Shown in pieces: positions 19,547 to 28,940 of a DNA stretch of 64,000 nt (position 1 is the first letter of the stretch; every line of letters starts with the position of its first letter). The stretch comes from an uncultured Clostridia bacterium. GTDB taxonomy: Bacteria; Bacillota; Clostridia; Oscillospirales; CAG-272. The notes under the pieces were generated by a model. It did not search any database. It was not told the DNA's origin and was given only the letters and a program-made list of their open reading frames with translations. The position numbers were made by a program, and so were the translations under genes. The stretch lies in NCBI GenBank assembly GCA_947630625.1, contig CANRIL010000009.1, positions 15,284 to 79,283 on the forward strand. The letters are read 5' to 3'.

Positions 19547-21949
19547 ATGAAGTACGATTTTGCAGTATGTGACAAGAAATGGCAGGATCGCTGGGAGGCG
19601 GCGCACGCGTTCGAGGCTAAGGACGACCACACCCTCCCGAAATTTTACGGGCTGATCGAATTCCCGTATCCGAGCGGAGCCGGCCTTCATGTCGGGCACA
19701 TCAAGGCGTTCATCAGCATGGAGGTGCTTTCGAGAAAGCGCCGCATGCAGGGATATAACGTCCTTTTCCCGATCGGATTTGACGCGTTCGGGCTCAATAC
19801 CGAAAACTACGCGATCAAGACAAAAACGCATCCGAGGATCGTCACCGACCGCAATATCGCGAACTTCACGCGCCAGTTGAAGTCAGTCGGATATTCGTTT
19901 GACTGGTCGCGCGTCGTTGACACGACAGACCCGGATTATTATAAGTGGACGCAGTGGATATTCCTCAAGATGTTCGAGCACGGGCTCGTTTTCCGCGATA
20001 AGACGCTCGTCAACTACTGCCCGTCCTGCAAGGTCGTTCTCTCAAACGAGGATTCTCAGGGAGGCAAGTGCGACATCTGCCACTCCGACGTTGTTCAGAA
20101 GTCGAAGGAGGTCTGGTATCTGCGCATTACGGAATACGCGGACAAGCTCTTGTCCGGGCTCGACCTCGTTGATTATCCCGCGAACATCAAGCAGCAGCAG
20201 GTAAACTGGATTGGCAAGTCTACCGGCGCGTTCGTCAATTTCGGGCTCCTCGATATCCCCGAAAAGCTCCGCATCTATACGACGCGGCCTGATACGCTCT
20301 TCGGCGTCACATTTATGGTCATCGCGCCCGAGCATCCGATAATCGACAAATACGCCGAAAAAATCTCGAATATGGATGAGGTGCTCGCATACCGCGAGGC
20401 GTGCGCGAAGAAGACGGAATTTGAGCGCACGCAGCTCCAGAAGGAAAAGACGGGCGTAAAAATCGATGGGCTGACCGCGATAAACCCGCTTTCCGGCAAG
20501 GAGATACCGATCTATATCGCCGATTACGTCATGATGGGGTACGGCACCGGCGCGATAATGGCGGTTCCGGCGCACGACGAGCGCGATTACGAATTCGCAA
20601 AGAAGTTCGGCATCGACATCGTTGAGGTCATAAAGGGCGGCGACATTTCAAAGGCCGCATATACGGGCGACGGCGAGATGGTCAACTCCGACTTCCTCAA
20701 CGGATTCGACAACAAAAAGGATTCGATCGCCCGCGCGATCGAGGTTCTGACCGAGCGCGGCATAGGCGAGGGCGGCGTCACATTCAAGATGAAGGATTGG
20801 GCGTTCAACCGACAGCGTTACTGGGGCGAGCCGATCCCGATCGTGCATTGCCCGCACTGCGGCATGGTCCCCGTGCCGTATGACGAGCTGCCGCTGAGGC
20901 TCCCCGAGGTTGAAGATTTCGAGCCCGGCGAGGGCGGGGAAAGCCCGCTCGCGAAGGTCGAATCGTTTGTTAACTGCAAATGCCCGAAGTGCGGCGGCGA
21001 CGCGAAGCGCGAGACGGACACAATGCCGCAGTGGGCGGGAAGCTCATGGTATTTCCTCCGCTACTGCGACCCGAAAAACGAGAGCACGTTTGCCGGTATG
21101 GAGGCGCTGAAATATTGGATGCCCGTCGATTGGTACAACGGCGGCATGGAGCACGTCACGCGCCATATGATCTACTCCCGCTTCTGGTATAGGTTCCTCT
21201 ACGACCTCGGTGAGGTACCGTATGTTGAGCCGTACATGAAGCGCTCCGCGGTCGGGCTTGTGCTCGGCTCGGACGGACAGAAAATGTCAAAATCCCTCGG
21301 CAATGTCGTTGACCCGCTTGACATTGTCGGAGCGTACGGCGCCGATACGCTGCGGACCTACGTCTGCTTCATGGGCGATTACGGCGTCGCCTCGCCCTGG
21401 TCTGACACGGGAGTAAAGGGCGCTAAACGGTTCCTTGACCGAGTCGCCGGACTGACCGATATCGTGCGCGGCAAGGGCTCGACCCCGGAGCTTGAGGCAA
21501 GCTTCCATAAGACTATAAAGAAAGTTTCCTCCGATATCGAGGAACTCAAGTTCAACACGGCAATTGCCGCAATGATGTCGCTTATAAACGAGATATATGA
21601 CCACGGCTCGCTCACGAAAGATGAGCTTCTGACGTTTGTGAAGCTGCTTTGCCCGTTCGCGCCGCATATCTCGGAGGAGATCGCCGAATCGCTCGGTGAA
21701 AAGGGGCTCCTTTCGGTTTCCGATTGGCCTACGTATGACGAGGCAAAGACGGTAGACAAAACGGTCGAGCTCGCGCTTCAGGTCAACGGCAAGCTCCGCG
21801 GCACGCTTACAGTGGCGGCGGACGCGTCCCGCGAGGACATAATCGCCGCCGCAAAGAACGATCCCCGCGTCCTCTCGCAGACGGAGGGAAAGACGATCGT
21901 AAAGGAAATTTACGTTCCCGGAAGGATAGTAAATTTCGTGATCAAATAA
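19547..21949 (+). CDS. leuS: leucine--tRNA ligase
   Basis: 800 aa. HIGH motif (PYPSGAGLHVGH) and KMSKS (QKMSKSLGN). Confidence 0.98.
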   Translation: MKYDFAVCDKKWQDRWEAAHAFEAKDDHTLPKFYGLIEFPYPSGAGLHVGHIKAFISMEVLSRKRRMQGYNVLFPIGFDAFGLNTENYAIKTKTHPRIVTDRNIANFTRQLKSVGYSFDWSRVVDTTDPDYYKWTQWIFLKMFEHGLVFRDKTLVNYCPSCKVVLSNEDSQGGKCDICHSDVVQKSKEVWYLRITEYADKLLSGLDLVDYPANIKQQQVNWIGKSTGAFVNFGLLDIPEKLRIYTTRPDTLFGVTFMVIAPEHPIIDKYAEKISNMDEVLAYREACAKKTEFERTQLQKEKTGVKIDGLTAINPLSGKEIPIYIADYVMMGYGTGAIMAVPAHDERDYEFAKKFGIDIVEVIKGGDISKAAYTGDGEMVNSDFLNGFDNKKDSIARAIEVLTERGIGEGGVTFKMKDWAFNRQRYWGEPIPIVHCPHCGMVPVPYDELPLRLPEVEDFEPGEGGESPLAKVESFVNCKCPKCGGDAKRETDTMPQWAGSSWYFLRYCDPKNESTFAGMEALKYWMPVDWYNGGMEHVTRHMIYSRFWYRFLYDLGEVPYVEPYMKRSAVGLVLGSDGQKMSKSLGNVVDPLDIVGAYGADTLRTYVCFMGDYGVASPWSDTGVKGAKRFLDRVAGLTDIVRGKGSTPELEASFHKTIKKVSSDIEELKFNTAIAAMMSLINEIYDHGSLTKDELLTFVKLLCPFAPHISEEIAESLGEKGLLSVSDWPTYDEAKTVDKTVELALQVNGKLRGTLTVAADASREDIIAAAKNDPRVLSQTEGKTIVKEIYVPGRIVNFVIK

Positions 21950-21957
21950 AATAACGT

Positions 21958-21988
21958 GAAAAGCGCGGTCAAACCGCGCTTTTCTTTT
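21958..21988 (+). terminator. rho-independent terminator after leuS
   Basis: GAAAAGCGCGG-tcaaa-CCGCGCTTTTC followed by TTTT. Confidence 0.7.
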
Positions 21989-22018
21989 AGAACTTTTGGA
22001 TATTTTGCAAAAAACGTA

Positions 22019-22047
22019 TTGAAATATTTACCGCGTTATTGTATAAT
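22019..22047 (+). promoter_or_regulatory. sigma-A-type promoter of the glg operon
   Basis: TTGAAA (22019-22024), 17-nt spacer, TATAAT (22042-22047), in an AT-rich gap upstream of glgB. Confidence 0.5.
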
Positions 22048-22112
22048 AGTTTACAAGAGGAATTCTGATTATTTATCAAAAAAAGAAAAACACAACACCA
22101 CCGGAGGCATTT

Positions 22113-24059
22113 ATGGGCGACAGAAAGAAAAAGAAGGCGGACGCCGTTTCGGTTTCCGACGAGACGCTGAGATCGCATATATATTATTTCCATCAGGGCA
22201 CGGATTTCCGCGCGTATGAGTTTCTCGGCGTTCACAAGGTAAAGTCTTCGGGCAGCCCGAAATATGTGTTCCGCACATGGGCGCCGCGCGCCGACGAGAT
22301 ATACGTCGTCGGAGATTTCAACAACTGGGAAAAGACGACGCCGATGAAAAAGATCAGCGAAGGCGGTGTTTGGGAAGCGTTCCTTGATTCCGGCGAAGAC
22401 GTTGAAGGGGCGAATTATAAATATCTCGTCGTTGGCGGCGGCAGGGAAGCATACAAGAGCGACCCTTACGCGGTGTATGACGAAACGCTTGTACATACGG
22501 CGTCGAAGGTGTACGAGCTGCCCAAATTCACATGGCATGACGCAGCCTTTATGGCGGAGCGGTCGTCAAACATCTGGCACGACGGGCATTTTTACTCGGC
22601 TCCGATGAATATATATGAGCTGCACCTCGGCTCATGGAAGACGCGCGACGGCAGGACAAACGTCGACGGAGACGCGTATCTTTCGTACCGCGAGATCGCG
22701 GACGAGCTCGTGTCATACGTCTCGACGATGGGATATACGCACGTAGAGCTTCTTCCCGCGGCGGAGCATCCGTATGACGGCTCGTGGGGATATCAGATCT
22801 GCGGCTATTTCGCGCCGACCTCACGCTACGGCAGACCGGAGGATTTCATGTATTTCGTCGACCGGCTCCACTCAGCCGGGATCGGCGTCATCATGGACTG
22901 GGTCCCCGCGCATTTCCCGAAGGACGAGCACGGCCTTTACGAATTTGACGGGCATCCGACATACGAATATCAGGGCGCTGACAGGATGGAGCACAAGGCG
23001 TGGGGGACGCGCTGTTTCGACCTCGGCAGAAACGAGGTACAGTGCTTCCTCATCTCAAACGCGCTTTACTGGCTGCGCCACTATCACATCGACGGCCTGC
23101 GCGTCGACGCCGTTGCGTCGATGCTGTATCTCGATTACGACAGGCGTCCCGGCGAATGGACGCCGAATGTATACGGCGAAAACAAATCCCTTGAGGCGAT
23201 CGCGTTCCTGCAAAAGCTGAACGACACGATCCACGGCGAATTTTCGGACGTTATGATGATAGCCGAGGAATCGACCGCGTGGCCGAACGTCACAAAATCT
23301 CCGCAGATCGGCGGGCTCGGCTTCAACTTCAAATGGAACATGGGCTGGGCGAACGACATGTTTGATTATGTGCAGTGCGACCCCGCGTTCCGCGGCGGCT
23401 GCCACAACAAGCTGACGTTCCCGATGATGTACGCGTACTCTGAAAATTATATCCTTCCCGTCTCGCACGACGAGGTAGTTCACGGGAAAAAGTCGCTGCT
23501 TGACAAGATGTTCGGCGATTACGATGAGAAATTCGCCGGTATGAGGGCGTTTCTCATCTACATGATGACGCTGCCGGGCAAAAAGCTCATGTTCATGGGA
23601 CAGGAGTACGGGCAGTTCCGCGAATGGGATTATGAAAATCAGCTCGAGTGGTTCATGCTCGGTTACGACAAGCACAGAAAGCTCGCCGATTTTACGGCCG
23701 CGCTCAATCACCTCTATCTCGCGACGCCGGCGCTCTGGGAGATCGACGACGGCTGGGACGGATTTGAATGGATCAATGCCGACGACAGCTCGCACAACGT
23801 TATCGCGTATACGCGTCGTGACAGGTCGGGCGGAGAAGTACACGTCGTCATCAATTTTTCCGGCATGCTCTGGGAAAACTACGACGTGGAAGTCCCGCGC
23901 GCGGGAGCGTACCGTGTGCTTTTGAACAGCGAATGGCAGAAATTCGGCGGCAATATGCGCTCGACCGTCCTTTCGGCAAAGAAGAGCCGCGAAACGGGGA
24001 AGACGCGCGTGAAGCTCGATCTTTTGCCGTTCTCCGGCGTCATATTCGAGAAGAAGTAA
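22113..24059 (+). CDS. glgB: 1,4-alpha-glucan branching enzyme
   Basis: GH13 branching-enzyme motifs: DWVPAHF, GLRVDAVASMLY, MIAEESTAWP, SHDEVVHGK. GGAGG RBS. Confidence 0.96.
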   Translation: MGDRKKKKADAVSVSDETLRSHIYYFHQGTDFRAYEFLGVHKVKSSGSPKYVFRTWAPRADEIYVVGDFNNWEKTTPMKKISEGGVWEAFLDSGEDVEGANYKYLVVGGGREAYKSDPYAVYDETLVHTASKVYELPKFTWHDAAFMAERSSNIWHDGHFYSAPMNIYELHLGSWKTRDGRTNVDGDAYLSYREIADELVSYVSTMGYTHVELLPAAEHPYDGSWGYQICGYFAPTSRYGRPEDFMYFVDRLHSAGIGVIMDWVPAHFPKDEHGLYEFDGHPTYEYQGADRMEHKAWGTRCFDLGRNEVQCFLISNALYWLRHYHIDGLRVDAVASMLYLDYDRRPGEWTPNVYGENKSLEAIAFLQKLNDTIHGEFSDVMMIAEESTAWPNVTKSPQIGGLGFNFKWNMGWANDMFDYVQCDPAFRGGCHNKLTFPMMYAYSENYILPVSHDEVVHGKKSLLDKMFGDYDEKFAGMRAFLIYMMTLPGKKLMFMGQEYGQFREWDYENQLEWFMLGYDKHRKLADFTAALNHLYLATPALWEIDDGWDGFEWINADDSSHNVIAYTRRDRSGGEVHVVINFSGMLWENYDVEVPRAGAYRVLLNSEWQKFGGNMRSTVLSAKKSRETGKTRVKLDLLPFSGVIFEKK

Positions 24060-24104
24060 TATTACTGATATAGAGATCCGGTTTTGTGACGGAGGTGTAG
24101 GCAG

Positions 24105-24860
24105 ATGACGGAAGTGCCGGAGACATCTGCAAAGTCGACAAAAAGAAAGCGTGCCGCGCTTGCCGTTGTGCTTGTTGCCGCAGCGATCCTTCTGACAATG
24201 CTTGTATATTACGCGCTCGCGGTCAAGACATATACAGCCGAGCATTTCGGGATAACAACTGTTCGGAGCCTTGTCGACCGCAATGAAAACGGGATCGACG
24301 ATTACGGTGACTTTTTGTTGGGAGCGCGTGCCGACGCGGTGAACCATCCGACTTATGACGGCAGATACTGGGAGAACGGATATCCGCCGGACGATATAGG
24401 CGTCTGCGCCGATGTAGTGTGGCGTGCATTCAGAAATGCCGGATATTCTCTTATGAAAATGGTCGATGCGGACATAGCATCAGACCCAAAAGCTTATCCG
24501 GGAGTCACCGAGCGCGACGATAAGATAGATTTTCGCCGTGTCCGCAATCTGCGCGTGTTTTTTGACAGGCATGCGGTACCGCTGACGACGGATATCGAAA
24601 AAACGGAAGAATGGCAGCCCGGCGACATCGTCATTTTCGGGGAAAACAAGCATATAGGCATCGTTTCGGATAAACGAGATGCATTCGGTCACGCATATAT
24701 AATCCACAATGGCGGGCAGCGCGACCGTGAGGAAAATTTTCTCGTGAAAGGTTCGATGACCGTGGCGGCACATTACAGGTTTGACGCGTCTGTCATTGAT
24801 AACGGTGTCCTTTTCGACTGGGACGCTGCGGACGACACTCTTCTGAACGGACAAACCTGA
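24105..24860 (+). CDS. DUF1287-family protein with N-terminal membrane anchor
   Basis: TM anchor, then ..GVCADVVWRAFRNAGYSL.. IDFRRVRNLRVFF.. GDIVIFG..KHIGIVSD.., the pattern I recognise as DUF1287. GGAGG RBS. Confidence 0.7.
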   Translation: MTEVPETSAKSTKRKRAALAVVLVAAAILLTMLVYYALAVKTYTAEHFGITTVRSLVDRNENGIDDYGDFLLGARADAVNHPTYDGRYWENGYPPDDIGVCADVVWRAFRNAGYSLMKMVDADIASDPKAYPGVTERDDKIDFRRVRNLRVFFDRHAVPLTTDIEKTEEWQPGDIVIFGENKHIGIVSDKRDAFGHAYIIHNGGQRDREENFLVKGSMTVAAHYRFDASVIDNGVLFDWDAADDTLLNGQT

Positions 24861-24934
24861 AACATAAAACATTCCACCCGGCGGTGTGTCGCGGGTGTAT
24901 ACAAATACGATAAGACCTGATATTAGGAGGAATT

Positions 24935-26125
24935 ATGTATAAGAAAAAGGAATGCGTTGCAATGCTGCTCGCGGGCGGTCAGGGCAGCAGACTTTACAGC
25001 CTTACGGAAACGACCGCAAAGCCTGCCGTTGAGTTCGGCGGCAAGTACAGGATAATTGATTTTCCGATGTCAAACTGCGTCAACTCCGGGATAGACACAG
25101 TCGGCGTGCTGACGCAGTATCAGCCGCTCGTTCTGAACGAATATATAGGGAACGGGCAGCCATGGGACCTTGACCGCAACACCGGAGGCGTCATGGTGCT
25201 GCCGCCGTATCAGGGCAAGAAATCCTCGGACTGGTACCGCGGAACGGCGAACGCGATATATCAGAATCTCGCGTTCATCGAGCGGTACGATCCCGATTAT
25301 GTGCTCGTCCTCTCCGGCGACCACATCTATAAGATGGACTACGATGAGATGCTGTCCGCGCACAAGCGCATGAATGCAGACGCGACTATCGCCGTGCTCG
25401 AAGTCCCGCTCAAGGAGGCGTCCAGATTCGGCATCATGAACACGGACGAGGACGGCAGGATCTACGAGTTCGAGGAAAAGCCGAAGCATCCGAAGAGCAC
25501 AAAGGCGTCGATGGGCATATACATTTTCAACCGCAAGATACTCGCTGACTATCTGCGCCGCGACGAAAAGAACCCCGCCTCGTCAAACGACTTCGGCAAG
25601 GATATAATCCCCGCGATGCTCAACGACGGCTGCCGGATGTTCACGTTCCCGTTCAGGGGCTACTGGAAGGATGTCGGGACGCTTTCGTCTCTCTGGGAGG
25701 CGAACATGGACCTGCTCGGCTCGGAGCCGAAGTTCGTGCTTCACGACCGCGACTGGAGAATATATTCGAGGAACAACGCGGAGCCGCCGCACTTCGTCGG
25801 CGAGAACGCGCAGATCAAGAATACGATCGTCACGGAAGGCTGCAAAATTTACGGGATCGTTGAAAACTGCGTGCTGTCGAACGGCGTTGTCGTCGAGGAG
25901 GGGGCATACGTCCGCGACTCGGTAATAATGAGCGATGCGAGGATCGGCAGAGGCGCGAACGTCAATTACAGCATCGTCGGCAGCGGCACCGTCATCGGAG
26001 CCGACAGCACGGTCGGCAAGCCGAAGGACGCCGCCTCGGGGATCACGCTTCTCGCCCCCGGTCTTGAGCTCGAACCGGAGACGATCGTTCCGGACGGGAC
26101 GATGCTCAACGCCGCCGAGCATTGA
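24935..26125 (+). CDS. glgC: glucose-1-phosphate adenylyltransferase
   Basis: [42 protein letters not shown].., [12 protein letters not shown], and a C-terminal LbH domain. Confidence 0.95.
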   Translation: MYKKKECVAMLLAGGQGSRLYSLTETTAKPAVEFGGKYRIIDFPMSNCVNSGIDTVGVLTQYQPLVLNEYIGNGQPWDLDRNTGGVMVLPPYQGKKSSDWYRGTANAIYQNLAFIERYDPDYVLVLSGDHIYKMDYDEMLSAHKRMNADATIAVLEVPLKEASRFGIMNTDEDGRIYEFEEKPKHPKSTKASMGIYIFNRKILADYLRRDEKNPASSNDFGKDIIPAMLNDGCRMFTFPFRGYWKDVGTLSSLWEANMDLLGSEPKFVLHDRDWRIYSRNNAEPPHFVGENAQIKNTIVTEGCKIYGIVENCVLSNGVVVEEGAYVRDSVIMSDARIGRGANVNYSIVGSGTVIGADSTVGKPKDAASGITLLAPGLELEPETIVPDGTMLNAAEH

Positions 26126-26167
26126 TCGTGAGCGGAAAAAATAAGGCGAAGAAAGGAATAAAATAAA

Positions 26168-27301
26168 ATGTCGGCAGCAGGTATAATTTTTTCGAATATA
26201 CATGATTCCAATATTTCGGAGCTGACAAGGATGCGCACGCTTGCATCCGTCCCGTTTGGATGCAGGTACAGGCTCATTGACTTCCCGCTCTCAAACATGG
26301 TCAATTCCGGGATCACAAACGTCAATATAATCACGCACTATAACTATCATTCGCTGATGGATCACCTCGGCAGCGGCAAAGACTGGGACCTCGCCCGCAC
26401 GCGCGGCGGTATAAAGATACTCCCGCCGTTCATCTCCGCTTTCGCGAACAACAGAAACGCGCTCTATGAAACGAGACTCGAGGCGCTCAAGAGCATCAAC
26501 GACGCGATAACGCACATCACCGACGATTATATAGTCATGATGGACTGCGACGTTATCTGCAATATCGACCTCAACGACATCATCAACGACCACATAAAGA
26601 ATGACGCCGATATGACGATCGCCGTCAAGCACATGAATCTGACGCCGGAGCAGGCGCGCATAAACTCGCTCTTCACCTCGAACGAAAAGGGTGAGATCGT
26701 CGATATCAGGTCGTATCCGACCGATTTCTCAGGCGAGGCAGACGTGTCGCTCAATATCGTCGTCATGAGCCGCCGCTATATCACCACAATGGTGCTCGAC
26801 GCCATAGCGCACAACTATGTCAGCATGAACCGCGACGTGATAGGGCGCAATATCGGGCACGCCAACTTCCGCGTCTACAGGTATGACGGATATTTTGCCG
26901 TCATCTCGTCGATGCTCGACTATTTTGATCATTCGCTCGAGCTGATACATAACGAGAAGATAAGGGAAGAGCTCTTTGAGACGAAGAACCGCCCGATCTA
27001 TACAAAGGTGCGCAATTCAGCGCCGGCAAAGTATTCGGACGGGGCGAACGTGAAAAATTCGCTCATTGCAGACGGCTGCGTCATAGACGGGCAGGTCGAG
27101 AACAGCATTCTTTTCCGCGGCGTCAAGGTCGGAAAGAAGACCGTTGTCAAGAATTCGATCCTCTTCCAGGACACGTTTACGGGCGATAACGTTTCGCTCA
27201 ACTATGTACTGACAGACAAGGATGTCGTCATCCGCGACGGCGTGGCGCTTTCCGGCGCGCGCTCGATGCCGATATACGTTGCCAAGGGACGTATGATCTG
27301 A
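26168..27301 (+). CDS. glgD: glucose-1-phosphate adenylyltransferase regulatory subunit GlgD
   Basis: A GlgC paralogue (RTLASVPFGCRYRLIDFPLSNMVNSG) that lacks the GGxGxRL motif. It sits immediately after glgC, as in Firmicutes. Confidence 0.9.
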   Translation: MSAAGIIFSNIHDSNISELTRMRTLASVPFGCRYRLIDFPLSNMVNSGITNVNIITHYNYHSLMDHLGSGKDWDLARTRGGIKILPPFISAFANNRNALYETRLEALKSINDAITHITDDYIVMMDCDVICNIDLNDIINDHIKNDADMTIAVKHMNLTPEQARINSLFTSNEKGEIVDIRSYPTDFSGEADVSLNIVVMSRRYITTMVLDAIAHNYVSMNRDVIGRNIGHANFRVYRYDGYFAVISSMLDYFDHSLELIHNEKIREELFETKNRPIYTKVRNSAPAKYSDGANVKNSLIADGCVIDGQVENSILFRGVKVGKKTVVKNSILFQDTFTGDNVSLNYVLTDKDVVIRDGVALSGARSMPIYVAKGRMI

Positions 27302-27317
27302 ATATGCGGTCGTTCGT

Positions 27318-27361
27318 GCGCTCCGCGCCCGTTTTCGGGCGCGAAGCGCGCGGATTTTTTT
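27318..27361 (+). terminator. rho-independent terminator after glgD
   Basis: Nested GC hairpin GCGCT-CCGCGCCC-gttttc-GGGCGCG-A-AGCGC followed by T7. Confidence 0.7.
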
Positions 27362-27373
27362 GCGAACATGTTC

Positions 27374-27420
27374 CCGGAATTCAATTTGCTGTTGCAATTC
27401 CGGAAAATATGTGATACAAT
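27374..27420 (+). promoter_or_regulatory. internal promoter for glgA with an overlapping inverted repeat
   Basis: TTGCAA (27392-27397), 17 nt, TGaTACAAT (-10 at 27415-27420). The inverted repeat CCGGAATT (27374-27381) / AATTCCGG (27396-27403) overlaps the -35. Confidence 0.45.
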
Positions 27421-27485
27421 AATTCGTCGGTGATTGTAAACTGTAAAAAAACGGTATCACCCGTTATTTCAAGGGAGGAAATGAG

Positions 27486-28910
27486 ATGAAAGTTTTATTC
27501 GCAGGTTCGGAAGCTGTCCCGTTCGCGGCGACGGGCGGCCTCGGTGATGTATTGGGTTCGCTCCCGGCGGCGCTCAAGGCGGCGTATCCGGAAAGCGACA
27601 TCCGCGTCGTCATCCCGCTTTACGGGACGATCTCGGCGGAAGCAAGAGAAAAAATGAAGCTCGTTTACGAGACTTCAGTCAAGCTTGCATGGCGCGACCA
27701 GTATTGCGGAATATTCCAGTGCGAGCATCAGGGCGTTATCTTCTATTTCATAGACAACGAATATTATTTCAAGCGTTCATCCCTTTACGGCAGCTATGAC
27801 GATGGGGAGAGATTCGCGTTTTTCGGCAGGGCAGTGCTCGACCTCATGGGCTGCCTCGACTTCTTCCCGGACGTTCTGCACGCCAATGACTGGCAGGCGG
27901 CGTCCTCGATACTTTATCTTCGCACTCTTTATTCCGGAGACGAGCGCTATCGCCGGGTCAAGGCGGTCTATACGATACATAATATCGAATACCAGGGCGT
28001 TTTCGGAACGGAAATTCTCGGCGACGTGTTCGGTCTGCCGTCGACGGTGCGCGGCATCGTAGAATATGACGGCGACATCAATCTCACGAAGGGCGCTGTC
28101 GTCTGCGCAAACGCGGTGACGACCGTTTCCCCGAGATACGCCGAGGAGATACAGAGCGAATTTTATTCGCACGGGCTCTACCACGTGCTGCGCCTGTACC
28201 GCGACAAGATCTCCGGCATCATAAACGGGATCGACACGGAGCTTTATAATCCGGAAACGGACGCCGTGCTCCCCGCGAATTACAGCGCGCGAGCATATTC
28301 CGGCAAGCGCGCCTGCAAGGCTGCGCTCCAGGAGGAGCTCGGTCTGCCCGTCGCGGCAGACGTGCCGGTGATGGCGATGATAACGCGCCTTGTCAAGCAC
28401 AAGGGGCTCGACCTCGTCCGCCGTGTGATCGAAGAATATCTGTATGACAACGTCCAGTTCATCATGCTCGGCACGGGCGATTCCGAGTATGAGAGCTATT
28501 TCGCATATCTCGCCCGCCGCTACCCCGACAAAGTTGTGACGCTGCTGCAATTCAATAAGGACCTCTCCCGCCGCATATATGCGGGTGCCGATATGTTCCT
28601 CATGCCGTCGCAGAGCGAGCCGTGCGGCCTCTCGCAGATGATCGCCTCGCGTTACGGTGCTGTCCCGATCGTCCGTGAAACGGGCGGGCTTTACGACACG
28701 ATCAAGCCCTACAACGAATACACGAACGAGGGCAACGGCTTCACGTTCACGAATTACAACGCTCACGACATGCTTTACACGATGCGGTACGCCACGAGCA
28801 TTTACCGTGACAAGAAGCGCTGGATCTCGCTCATGCGCCGCGCGATGAAGTGCGATTTCTCATGGGCAGCGTCTGCCCAAGGTTATATGTCTCTTTACGA
28901 GAGGCTTTAA
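27486..28910 (+). CDS. glgA: glycogen synthase
   Basis: MKVLFAGSEAVPFAATGGLGDV.. (the KxGGL-type motif). GT5 family, 474 aa. GGGAGG RBS. Confidence 0.96.
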   Translation: MKVLFAGSEAVPFAATGGLGDVLGSLPAALKAAYPESDIRVVIPLYGTISAEAREKMKLVYETSVKLAWRDQYCGIFQCEHQGVIFYFIDNEYYFKRSSLYGSYDDGERFAFFGRAVLDLMGCLDFFPDVLHANDWQAASSILYLRTLYSGDERYRRVKAVYTIHNIEYQGVFGTEILGDVFGLPSTVRGIVEYDGDINLTKGAVVCANAVTTVSPRYAEEIQSEFYSHGLYHVLRLYRDKISGIINGIDTELYNPETDAVLPANYSARAYSGKRACKAALQEELGLPVAADVPVMAMITRLVKHKGLDLVRRVIEEYLYDNVQFIMLGTGDSEYESYFAYLARRYPDKVVTLLQFNKDLSRRIYAGADMFLMPSQSEPCGLSQMIASRYGAVPIVRETGGLYDTIKPYNEYTNEGNGFTFTNYNAHDMLYTMRYATSIYRDKKRWISLMRRAMKCDFSWAASAQGYMSLYERL

Positions 28911-28940
28911 ATTACATCGAAAAAAGGAAAACAGTTTTTT

